64,000 nt of DNA, from positions 118,068 to 182,067 of the forward strand of contig CAZRKP010000005.1 in NCBI GenBank assembly GCA_964600895.1. The letters are read 5' to 3'. The notes beneath the pieces are model-generated. The model saw only the letters and a list, made by a program, of their open reading frames with translations. It searched no databases and was not told where the DNA came from. Source of the DNA: an uncultured Victivallis sp. (GTDB lineage: Bacteria > Verrucomicrobiota > Lentisphaeria > Victivallales > GWF2-50-93). The position numbers and the translations under genes are program-made. Positions 21,934 to 29,898 of the stretch are shown in pieces (within the stretch, counting starts at the first letter, position 1; each line of letters starts with the position of its first letter).

Positions 21934-22944
21934 ATGAAATATGACCGTAAAAACTTCACGATGATTGAGATCGTCCTGGCGATATCCGTCATATTCATTC
22001 TTCTCAGCCTTACCTTGCCTGGAATCCAGAAGGCCAAGCTGAAGGCCAAAGCCGTAAGATGGCTTGCCTACAACAATGGACTCAACAGGGATCCTGATCT
22101 GGTATTGAACTACAATTTCCAGAATCCTGATATGAGAATGGACACTCCAATGGGAAATTGCGATGTGGTCATCAATGGCGGAGTGGGTTGCGGATTCGAC
22201 GGATTCAAGCCGGAAAAATATAATGCGGTCATGATGAACGCACCCGAATGGAAAAAATCCGGAAGATGGTTGAGTTTTGACAAGTCAATGTCATTTGACG
22301 GTTTCACAGGATACCTCCAGGTTCCAGGCAATGAAGTCCTGAAGCTGACCCCTGGAAGTTCGGATTTCACCGTGGCGGGATGGGTGAAGTTTGATGTTCT
22401 TGGAGGAATCCAGGTCGTCATCTCAAAATCCCTCTGGCCGAACTACTCGGTCTTCGCGATCTATTCCCTGAACAATTCACTGAATGCGGACATCGGCTCC
22501 ATGACTCTTTCCTATACTGGAAATGACTTCAAGGCCGGGAAGTGGTTCCATTTCGCGCTTGTGGCCGACGGCCCGCAGATCTCCTTTTATGTAAACGGGA
22601 AGATTGCTGATTCCTCAAGCTTTGGGTCCGGTGGCAAGGTTGTAATATCTCATGATCCTGGCAACGGTGATCCTCCACACGTTCTTGTAGTCGGCGCCGC
22701 AGGATGGAATGGACACAAGAACCATCCTGGAGATCAGTTGCTTTCAACGGATCCAAACGCGTATTTCCAGCAGAACTATATTCAGGACATCAAGGATACA
22801 ACCGTTATCATTGGTGCAGCCGGGATGCAGGATGCTGCCCCCAGCTTGTTTTTCAAAGGTGCAATGGATGAGATAATACTCTCAAGAAGAGCCTGGAAGA
22901 AAGATGCGGTAAGTGGTCATTTTGAAATGGGAAATCCTTACTAA
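21934..22944 (+). CDS. Prepilin-type N-terminal domain fused to a LamG/concanavalin-A-like lectin domain
   Basis: 'FTMIEIVLAISVIFILLSLTLPGIQKAK' followed by 'DFTVAGWVKF...GKWFHFALVADGPQISFYVNG...FKGAMDEIILSRRAW', a LamG-like pattern. Confidence 0.75.
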   Translation: MKYDRKNFTMIEIVLAISVIFILLSLTLPGIQKAKLKAKAVRWLAYNNGLNRDPDLVLNYNFQNPDMRMDTPMGNCDVVINGGVGCGFDGFKPEKYNAVMMNAPEWKKSGRWLSFDKSMSFDGFTGYLQVPGNEVLKLTPGSSDFTVAGWVKFDVLGGIQVVISKSLWPNYSVFAIYSLNNSLNADIGSMTLSYTGNDFKAGKWFHFALVADGPQISFYVNGKIADSSSFGSGGKVVISHDPGNGDPPHVLVVGAAGWNGHKNHPGDQLLSTDPNAYFQQNYIQDIKDTTVIIGAAGMQDAAPSLFFKGAMDEIILSRRAWKKDAVSGHFEMGNPY

Positions 22945-22962
22945 GGGGAAAAGGGGTTTACA

Positions 22963-24801
22963 ATGGCAAGGATAATAGCTGCTGACGACAATAAGATAAC
23001 CCAGATGTTCTACGAGAACATTTTGGAATTCCTCGGCCATGAATACAAGATATGTTCAAACGGCGAGGAGGTCATCGAGGAGTTCATAAGGAAACCAGTG
23101 GACCTCCTGATACTTGACTACCAGATGCCCAAGATGGACGGATTTGAGGTCTGCCGCAAACTCAGGGCTTCTGCGGAAGGAATAACTGTCCCTATAATCA
23201 TAGTCTCCGCCATGCAGGATGAGGAGACCATCATGGAGGGACTCGATGCAGGAGCTACCGACTATCTGCTCAAACCGGTCACAGAAGCACATCTGATTGC
23301 AAAGCTCAAGAACTATCTTAATACTTCCTCCCTTCACAGGAAGGATCTGGATCTTGTGAAGAGCCAGACTGTCTTCGCCGGCCATTACAAGATCGAAAAA
23401 CTGCTCGGATATGGCAGCCATTCAGTGGTTTTCCTGGCGAAGGACAGGAAGAACAATGATGCCGATGTCGCCATAAAGCTCCTGCATGAGAATTCAGATA
23501 CCGTGGCAATAGCCCCAACATTCATGGAGACGGCCTCCAGGATGAGGAATTTGAACTCCGAAAACATATTGAAGATACTTGATTCAGGCCAGTATGGGGG
23601 TCGCCTCTATCTGATAATGGAATACGCGAACCAGAAGGATCTCGCTTCACTGCTGAAGACAAGAACCCTCACCGACAGGGAGACGGCTCTTCTGATATCA
23701 AGCATGCTGGAAGCACTGAAGACACTAAAGGAAAACAACCTCGTCCATTTTGACATAAAACCGGAGAACATCCTGATAAAGGACAATCTCTTCAAGCTGG
23801 GCGATTTTGGGATAGTACCATCTGCCAATGCTAAAAGTACGATTTCACTGGACAAGGGGAATGTCTGGACAACGATGTCCTATCTTGCCCCGGAAAATCT
23901 GAATCTCTCCACAGATCAGACATTCTCTCCTGATATAAGATGCGACATCTACAGTCTTGGTGTCACTGCATATGAATCATTTTCCGGAGACAATCCTTTC
24001 GATTCTGACAAGCTCACTGTTTCAATTCACAGGCAGCTGAGCTATGTCCCTCCTCCATTGCATGTCCAGACTCCTGCGATCCTGCGCATACTTTCAGATG
24101 CTATTGAATCAATGCTCAGGAAAAATCCCGAGGAAAGGGCTGAACTCGACCAGCTTCTGCCTGCTTTTGTGGAAATAAACGCCTATCTCGCGACCAAAAA
24201 TCCTGTCTTAGTAGGATATACTACCGGTTCAGAGGCCAAGCCTGAGGAACAGAAACCTGTCGGTAATGCCGGTCCTGCCCAGGAACCATCAAAATCTGAA
24301 CCTGCTGAAGCCAGCGAACCAGTTCTGGAACCGCTGTCCAAAACATATTTCAGGGAGCTTCCCTACAGGGAGGCCTATGATTTCAAATATAAGGCTCTCA
24401 GGCTCATTGCTGCCGTTGCAATTCTGGCAGTAAGCACCTGGCTCAGCCTGACATTATACAAGTTCATGTTGAACAAGATGACCCCTGTAGATGATACTGC
24501 TTCCATATACGCGGTCAAATGCAGGAGTTGCGGACAGTTCCAGGAAATGAACATAACTGACATAAAGAATGCAAAATGCCAGTTCTGCAAAAAGACAGAT
24601 CTTTGCTATATGATGACTTGCGACGACTGCGGAAACGTATTCCCGTTCAGAAATGAATATCCGAAGGATGTAAAGTCAAAGGAAGAAATGATAGAAGCTC
24701 TTCAGCAGATGAACCGCTGTCCATCATGCGGCTCATCGAAGATCGAACCTTCATATACGAATATCAAGATGCTGAAGAAGTTCAAATCCGAAAAGAAGTG
24801 A
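22963..24801 (+). CDS. Response-regulator receiver (REC) - Ser/Thr protein kinase - TM - double zinc-ribbon fusion protein
   Basis: REC: 'IIAADDN...DLLILDYQMPKMDGFEVCRKLR...DYLLKPV'. Kinase: 'VAIKLL', 'HFDIKPENILI', 'GDFGI', 'YLAPE'. TM: 'LIAAVAILAVSTWLSLTLY'. The C-terminus has CxxC pairs ('CRSCG..CQFCKK', 'CDDCG..CPSCGS'). Confidence 0.9.
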   Translation: MARIIAADDNKITQMFYENILEFLGHEYKICSNGEEVIEEFIRKPVDLLILDYQMPKMDGFEVCRKLRASAEGITVPIIIVSAMQDEETIMEGLDAGATDYLLKPVTEAHLIAKLKNYLNTSSLHRKDLDLVKSQTVFAGHYKIEKLLGYGSHSVVFLAKDRKNNDADVAIKLLHENSDTVAIAPTFMETASRMRNLNSENILKILDSGQYGGRLYLIMEYANQKDLASLLKTRTLTDRETALLISSMLEALKTLKENNLVHFDIKPENILIKDNLFKLGDFGIVPSANAKSTISLDKGNVWTTMSYLAPENLNLSTDQTFSPDIRCDIYSLGVTAYESFSGDNPFDSDKLTVSIHRQLSYVPPPLHVQTPAILRILSDAIESMLRKNPEERAELDQLLPAFVEINAYLATKNPVLVGYTTGSEAKPEEQKPVGNAGPAQEPSKSEPAEASEPVLEPLSKTYFRELPYREAYDFKYKALRLIAAVAILAVSTWLSLTLYKFMLNKMTPVDDTASIYAVKCRSCGQFQEMNITDIKNAKCQFCKKTDLCYMMTCDDCGNVFPFRNEYPKDVKSKEEMIEALQQMNRCPSCGSSKIEPSYTNIKMLKKFKSEKK

Positions 24802-24812
24802 TGAAGACTTTC

Positions 24813-25325
24813 TCAGCCGAAGATCCTGTTGATGAATGAAAGGATCCTGGACACCAGGTTCAGTGTAGTTTTCTTACGCTTCCGGATGGATTCCCTATGG
24901 GCAAGGCTCTCCTCCTTCAGCCTTTTCAGTAGTTCCTCAAGTTCAGGAAGCTTGGTGGTAAAAGCATCAAAGACAATGGAATCAATTGTCTTATCCTCAA
25001 CAGTTTCAGCTAAAGAGAGAGCATCTGCCGATGAAAAATAATCCTTCGTGTTGAGGACACGGAGCTGCAGTTCCAAAAATTCGCATGTCTTTTCAAGAGT
25101 ATGTAGGGTTACGTCCTCATGCTCAACTGAAATTTTCCCTTCCTTAAGGCTGTCATGGAACTTGGTGACAATCCTTTCATGTCCTTCTTCCTCTTTCTTG
25201 AGCTTCGACCACAGATCGCGGTTGGCATGGTTCTTTTCTGCAAGCTTGCCGTAGATTTCGGCGGAAAGGGCCTCAACCAGTGCCATTTTCTTCAAGCGTA
25301 TTTCCTGTGTGACAACGCTGGTCAT
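24813..25325 (-). CDS. Hypothetical helical protein (possibly a ferritin-like four-helix bundle)
   Basis: Helical and Glu-rich with one 'EEGH' (ExxH) motif. ATG 25325 lies 4 nt after the FHA gene stop, and GTG 25337 is an alternative. The family assignment is weak. Confidence 0.5.
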   Translation of the reverse strand: MTSVVTQEIRLKKMALVEALSAEIYGKLAEKNHANRDLWSKLKKEEEGHERIVTKFHDSLKEGKISVEHEDVTLHTLEKTCEFLELQLRVLNTKDYFSSADALSLAETVEDKTIDSIVFDAFTTKLPELEELLKRLKEESLAHRESIRKRKKTTLNLVSRILSFINRIFG

Positions 25326-25329
25326 CAGC

Positions 25330-25731
25330 CTAAGCACTCTTTACATAGTTGAATTTAAAGGAACCGGTGCCGATGGGAATCACAGCGTCATCAAAGAGCC
25401 TGTAGGTATCCTTCTCGAATTTCTGTCTGTTCTGGCCTAAAACATGCACTTCGAAGTATTTCTCGGCAGGATGGCATATGAGCTCGAGGTGGTGCCTTGA
25501 AACAAACTTGTCTGTTATTGTGATGTGATTGCCAGATCCCCTTCCTATGGAATACGACAGGGGTAGAAGATCTATTACAGTTCCCTCCTTAATGTTCTCA
25601 AAGGGATCGATGCATACAAGCCTGGCCACTACGAGGTTCTTCTTGCAATTGGGACAGGAAAGTGAATTTCTGCCATTGTCCGCCCCGCAATGGAAACATT
25701 TGAAAGATTCTTCCATCTCCACTTCTCCCAT
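25330..25731 (-). CDS. Zinc-ribbon + FHA domain protein
   Basis: 'CFHCGADNGRNSLSCPNCKK' is a zinc ribbon. 'IGRGSGNHITITDKFVSRHHLEL...' is the FHA GR...SxxH core. Confidence 0.8.
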   Translation of the reverse strand: MGEVEMEESFKCFHCGADNGRNSLSCPNCKKNLVVARLVCIDPFENIKEGTVIDLLPLSYSIGRGSGNHITITDKFVSRHHLELICHPAEKYFEVHVLGQNRQKFEKDTYRLFDDAVIPIGTGSFKFNYVKSA

Positions 25732-25851
25732 TTCTACGAATACTATATCTCTGATTCTAAGATATCGCCAGCTAAAAAATATAGGACTCCTCTTAAAACT
25801 TAGTCAGCTCGCTGCTTTTGACTTTCAGCTTAAACGTCTTATTTTAGAACC

Positions 25852-27549
25852 ATGAAAATGCCATTCCCATCTGTCTCAAGGACAATCATAGTTCTCATGC
25901 TGTTTTTGTCGACCGCCGCTTCGGCAAGGGCAATAAGCTGGGAGTTCTCTGAAGTCTCGCTTTCGATCCGGCCAGACGGCAAGGCGACGGTCGTGTATCA
26001 AGTTGCAATCAATCCCCAGGGCTTCAACCTCCACGGATTCTATTTTGAAGGGTTTACTGGTAAGCCGCATTTCGACATGACACGCTGTTTCGCCCTTGAC
26101 GCGCAGAACAAAAAATATGATCTTTCAATAAAGCCTGTGAGCAGTTCGAAATACGACGTGATCCTCGCAAATGGCGCCGCCATCTCAAACAGCCGGGTGA
26201 TCTACAATCTAACCTATGGCACCGATCTCGCTGAAACCGGCAATCTTGCAGCTACAACATCTTCGGATGGAAAGAATCTCGTGGTCCTCAACTGGGCACC
26301 GGTCCAATGGGAGGATCCTGTCGGACACTATGCCCTGAAGATATACTGGCCAATGGAACTGCCAGACAACAAGGCTCCACGAGAAGAACTCTCGAAGAAA
26401 ATCCTGACTGAACAGTGGATGAACAAGCAATACAAGATGGACTATCGCGCCCAGGAATACAACGGAAAATTCTGGCTGATGCAGCTAATATACTGGGAGA
26501 AAGTGCCTGTCAAGGGGCATTTCCGCATCCAGGAATACGTCGATGCCTCCATCTTCAACCTTCCGGCAAAGAAATCCGCAGACTTGAATACAGGACTCGT
26601 CGAACCTCAGCCGGATGGAGGGAAACAAGTCCAGAATTTTGTACCTCCGACGAATGAACAGAACAACTATGGAGAGAACATAAGGAAATATTCGGTCATT
26701 GCATTGGCTGTGATGGCGGTCATACTGATCATTGCATTCCTGATCATAGTGATCGGAAAACACAACAGCATGCTGAGCGCAGCTGACGGGCTTTCGGATG
26801 TAAGCTGGATAGATCAGGACTGGACTCCTCCGAAAATGATCATCACAACTTTCAGGGAAAAGGGGAAGATCCCGAAGCTTTCAGTTCTTGAAGCCGCCTT
26901 GTTCATCGGTCTTCCAGTCAACCGTATCCTTGGAATAATGCTTGGCAAACTCCAGAACCAGGGGGTGGTAAGTCTCCATGATGACGGTCGCATAGATGTC
27001 CTTGATGCTGGAGCAAACCTCGATCAGTTCGAAACTCTGCTTGTACAGGCTGTAGGTCCGGACAACAGGCTCAATCCCGACAAGATCCGTGGACTGGTGA
27101 ATCTCATGGTAGATGAGATGCGCCGCAAATCCTGGGATGCCGACCCTGAAGCGACCACGGAATTTTACACCAATAAGTTCAGGGAGTCCTTTGAAAAGAA
27201 GCCACAGCCCACTGAACAGGATAAAAATTCCCAGCAGTATTATTATGACAACTATTATCCCTACTGGTTCTACTACTGCCATCATAACCATGACTCATAT
27301 CAAACTGCCAGCAATCAAGTTCCCAAGACCGTTCAGGGCAGTCTTGATTCGATTACTGGAATATCCGGGGACTACAAGAGCTTCATGGACAGCCCGGCCT
27401 GTTACCAGGGATGCTTTGTCCATACCGCATGCCATGATGCTTGTCACTCGGCCTGCCATTCGGCGTGTCATTCAGCATGTCATTCGGCATGCCACTCTGC
27501 GTGCCATTCTGCATGCCATTCAGCCTGTGTCAGCGGAGGTGCACATTGA
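25852..27549 (+). CDS. DUF2207-like single-pass membrane protein with a C-terminal Cys/His-rich (Ala-Cys-His-Ser)n repeat tail
   Basis: Signal peptide 'MKMPFPSVSRTIIVLMLFLSTAASARA'. N-terminal domain 'SLSIRPDGKATVVYQVAINPQGFNLHGFYF'. One TM at about aa 280-303 (26689-26760). 'LSVLEAALFIGLPVNRILGIMLGKLQNQGVV' resembles the DUF2207 post-TM motif. The tail reads 'CYQGCFVHTACHDACHSACHSACHSACHSACHSACHSACHSACVSGGAH'. Confidence 0.85.
   Translation: MKMPFPSVSRTIIVLMLFLSTAASARAISWEFSEVSLSIRPDGKATVVYQVAINPQGFNLHGFYFEGFTGKPHFDMTRCFALDAQNKKYDLSIKPVSSSKYDVILANGAAISNSRVIYNLTYGTDLAETGNLAATTSSDGKNLVVLNWAPVQWEDPVGHYALKIYWPMELPDNKAPREELSKKILTEQWMNKQYKMDYRAQEYNGKFWLMQLIYWEKVPVKGHFRIQEYVDASIFNLPAKKSADLNTGLVEPQPDGGKQVQNFVPPTNEQNNYGENIRKYSVIALAVMAVILIIAFLIIVIGKHNSMLSAADGLSDVSWIDQDWTPPKMIITTFREKGKIPKLSVLEAALFIGLPVNRILGIMLGKLQNQGVVSLHDDGRIDVLDAGANLDQFETLLVQAVGPDNRLNPDKIRGLVNLMVDEMRRKSWDADPEATTEFYTNKFRESFEKKPQPTEQDKNSQQYYYDNYYPYWFYYCHHNHDSYQTASNQVPKTVQGSLDSITGISGDYKSFMDSPACYQGCFVHTACHDACHSACHSACHSACHSACHSACHSACHSACVSGGAH
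27427..27534 (+). repeat. Coding tandem repeat: nine 12-nt units encoding A-C-x-[D/S] (1x ACHD, 7x ACHS, 1x ACVS)
   Basis: I read the codons directly. Every 12-nt unit differs from the others at synonymous positions (Ala gca/gct/gcc/gcg, Cys tgc/tgt, His cat/cac, Ser tcg/tca/tct). Confidence 0.95.
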
Positions 27550-28880
27550 TCGATGCCTGGAAAAACAAGGATGCTTTCTCATGGGTGGACGACTATTTCT
27601 CCCATGTCAGACCTCATTTTGACGTAAGGGAGGAAGACAGTCTCCTGATCATACTTCCTAACCGGGCGATGAAGTTGAACAATACCGGTTTCAAGGTCCT
27701 GAAATTCATGAAGGACGGGGGTTCAATCGATAAACTGGTTGGCAAGATAGGGGAAAATGATGGCCGGCGCAGGGAACTTTTCCATTTCCTCTGCGATTTT
27801 CGCAGCCTCATGACCGGATGTCTTGGCGAAGGCAGGGGGCGCAAGGCGGTTTCCATAGAAAAATATTCTGGTTTATTCAATTCACTTCCGGTGCTTTCGG
27901 AGATCGCCGTCACCTACCGTTGCAACCTGAAATGCAGGTTCTGCTACGCTGCATGCGGATGCCGGCGGAAAGATGAAGATGAACAAGAAATGTCCACCAA
28001 TGAAATCAAACGCGTCCTCGGTACAATCAGAAATGACGCCAAGGTCCCATCGGTCAGTTTTACAGGAGGAGAACCTCTTCTCAGGAATGATCTGGAGGAA
28101 CTTGTCTCTTCAGCAAAGAAAATCGGGCTGAGAGTCAACCTGATAACCAACGGAACGCTTCTTGCAGGAAATGATCGTGCAGGAAGGCTTCAGAAGGCGG
28201 GATTGAATTCGGCACAGGTTTCCCTCGAAGGTCCGAATGCAGAAATCCATGATGAACTTACGGAAGTTGCGGGCTCATTTGAAAAGACGATGGAAGGGAT
28301 ACGCGCCTTGAAGAAATCCGGAATACATGTCCATACGAACACGACCATAAATTCGAAGAATTCCGGCCATCTCGTGGAACTTGTCCGGACCGTATCGGAA
28401 CTCGGGCTGAGTCGGATGTCCATGAACATGGTGATTCCGACCGGCAGCGCAGTCAAATCAAAGCTGCAGGTCTCATACACGGAGATATGGCCAATAATCG
28501 AGCCAGTTCGAAATGAAGCGAGACGGCTCGGAATTGAATTCATGTGGTATTCACCGACCCCCATGTGCATATTCAATCCTCTTGCGGAAGGATTCGGCAA
28601 CAAGAGCTGTGCTGCATGCGACGGACTGCTCAGCATCGCACCGAACGGCGATATACTGCCATGTTCAAGTTATCCAAAATCCGTAGGCAACCTGCTGCGC
28701 CAGCCGTTCCCGGAAGTTTGGAATTCCGCTACCTCCCTTTTCTTCAGGAAAAAGGAATATGCGCCGGGAGAGTGTTCGGGATGCGGCGACTTTTCAGCCT
28801 GTACAGGAGCATGCCCTCTCTACTGGTCCGCCATGGGAACTGCCGAACTCGGTGAAAGGAGGAAGCATGCTGCTGCCTGA
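27546..28880 (+). CDS. Radical SAM / SPASM domain peptide-modifying enzyme with an N-terminal PqqD/RRE-like domain
   Basis: 'YRCNLKCRFCYA' is the CxxxCxxC motif. The SPASM motifs are 'CDGLLSIAPNGDILPC' (CX9GX4C) and 'CSGCGDFSACTGAC' (CX2CX5CX3C). The N-terminus 'LLIILPNRAMKLNNTGFKVLKFMKDGGSIDKLVGKI' is PqqD-like. The likely start is TTG 27546, overlapping the upstream TGA, with GTG 27585 as an alternative. The ORF-track start at 27441 is an out-of-frame reading of the repeat. Confidence 0.9.
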   Translation: MIDAWKNKDAFSWVDDYFSHVRPHFDVREEDSLLIILPNRAMKLNNTGFKVLKFMKDGGSIDKLVGKIGENDGRRRELFHFLCDFRSLMTGCLGEGRGRKAVSIEKYSGLFNSLPVLSEIAVTYRCNLKCRFCYAACGCRRKDEDEQEMSTNEIKRVLGTIRNDAKVPSVSFTGGEPLLRNDLEELVSSAKKIGLRVNLITNGTLLAGNDRAGRLQKAGLNSAQVSLEGPNAEIHDELTEVAGSFEKTMEGIRALKKSGIHVHTNTTINSKNSGHLVELVRTVSELGLSRMSMNMVIPTGSAVKSKLQVSYTEIWPIIEPVRNEARRLGIEFMWYSPTPMCIFNPLAEGFGNKSCAACDGLLSIAPNGDILPCSSYPKSVGNLLRQPFPEVWNSATSLFFRKKEYAPGECSGCGDFSACTGACPLYWSAMGTAELGERRKHAAA

Positions 28881-29868
28881 TCCAAAACGCCGTGGGGAGA
28901 TCCATTTTATCTTCGTGAAATCTATGCCATATACGACCAGGCTTTCCCTGATCGTCATTTTACTTCTAACTGGATTTGGATTGCAGATATTCCTCGGATG
29001 GACTGTAATTGGCGCCATATTCCTCCTTGTTTCATCCATGATGGGGATCGTGAAAGGATATACGAACGTACCGGAGGAGCTTGGTTCAAAGAAGGAATGG
29101 CGCTCGGGCGACAAGCAGCAGCTTGAAAAAATCCTCGAGATATCGGAGAATTCACGAAGATGGGACAGGAGCTTCATCGACATCACATGCCCCCATGGAT
29201 GCTTTACCCTTGCAGCAATCATTGGAGTCTTCTTCCTCTTTTATTTTGTAAGCTCCAGCTGCGGATATACCTGGCTTGCGCTCACAGTGTCCGTGGATGC
29301 CATCGTATTACTGTTTCCGCACTGGGTGACCGGTGTCCGTCGCATCCTGACAAATGCGCCTCTGACAGTGAAGGTTGAAAATCTCCTGCATATATATACC
29401 ATCTGGGAGGCTATCAAGAAGGATGGAGAGAACATGACCGTCCAACTCGAAGTAGTAAAGGGAACAAAAGGAGAGATGCCTGTTGACGCAAAACTGATTT
29501 TGCAGATACCGGCACTCGGTGAGGATTTCTTCGGTGTGCAGACACAGGTGGTCCTCAATAATGTCCAGGGATCTGATTATCCATATCTCTACTGTGTCCT
29601 TGTTGCAAAGGAAAAATTCGAACTTAGGAAAAAACTATCAAAGGTTTCCTCTGAGGCTGAAGAGTCTTCGAAATCCTCTGATTCATTCCTTGTCAGGCTG
29701 ATAAGGACATCTTCCGGAATCTGTACGGAATGGAAGTCCCAGGACGGCATGGATGTACTCGTGATCCGCCAGCAGACGACTCAGCAGACCGGATACCATA
29801 CCGACAGAAATGCCACGGAACGTCTTTTCAGGTTCGCTTTAAGCAAAGCCCGCAACCTTGTCAAGTAG
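28867..29868 (+). CDS. Uncharacterised membrane protein (about 4 TM plus a soluble C-terminal domain), third gene of the radical-SAM operon
   Basis: ATG 28867 overlaps the rSAM stop by 14 nt. Hydrophobic pairs 'LSLIVILLLTGFGLQIFLGWTVIGAIFLLVSSMMGIV' and 'CFTLAAIIGVFFLFYFV...YTWLALTVSVDAIVLLF'. No family was recognised. Confidence 0.7.
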   Translation: MLLPDPKRRGEIHFIFVKSMPYTTRLSLIVILLLTGFGLQIFLGWTVIGAIFLLVSSMMGIVKGYTNVPEELGSKKEWRSGDKQQLEKILEISENSRRWDRSFIDITCPHGCFTLAAIIGVFFLFYFVSSSCGYTWLALTVSVDAIVLLFPHWVTGVRRILTNAPLTVKVENLLHIYTIWEAIKKDGENMTVQLEVVKGTKGEMPVDAKLILQIPALGEDFFGVQTQVVLNNVQGSDYPYLYCVLVAKEKFELRKKLSKVSSEAEESSKSSDSFLVRLIRTSSGICTEWKSQDGMDVLVIRQQTTQQTGYHTDRNATERLFRFALSKARNLVK

Positions 29869-29898
29869 GTAGTTTCTAAAACGCCTGTTTCAATATTC

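Noticed and set aside
27427-27534. Whether the short-period repeat could be a CRISPR array or a His-Xaa-Ser (HxsA-type) repeat
   Set aside because: A 12-nt period with no spacers inside a long ORF is not a CRISPR array. The motif is C-H-S-A, not H-x-S, and only one radical SAM gene is present with no HxsB/C/D set. The known Hxs system is therefore only a conceptual analogue.
27441-27545. N-terminal 35 codons of the ORF-track radical SAM ORF, and the 169-aa ORF at 27113-27622
   Set aside because: Both are alternative-frame readings of the 12-nt-periodic ACHS repeat, which stays open in all three forward frames. Their sequences ('FGVSFSMSFGMPLCVPFCMPF', 'VIQHVIRHATLRAILHAIQ') are repeat echoes, not independent genes.
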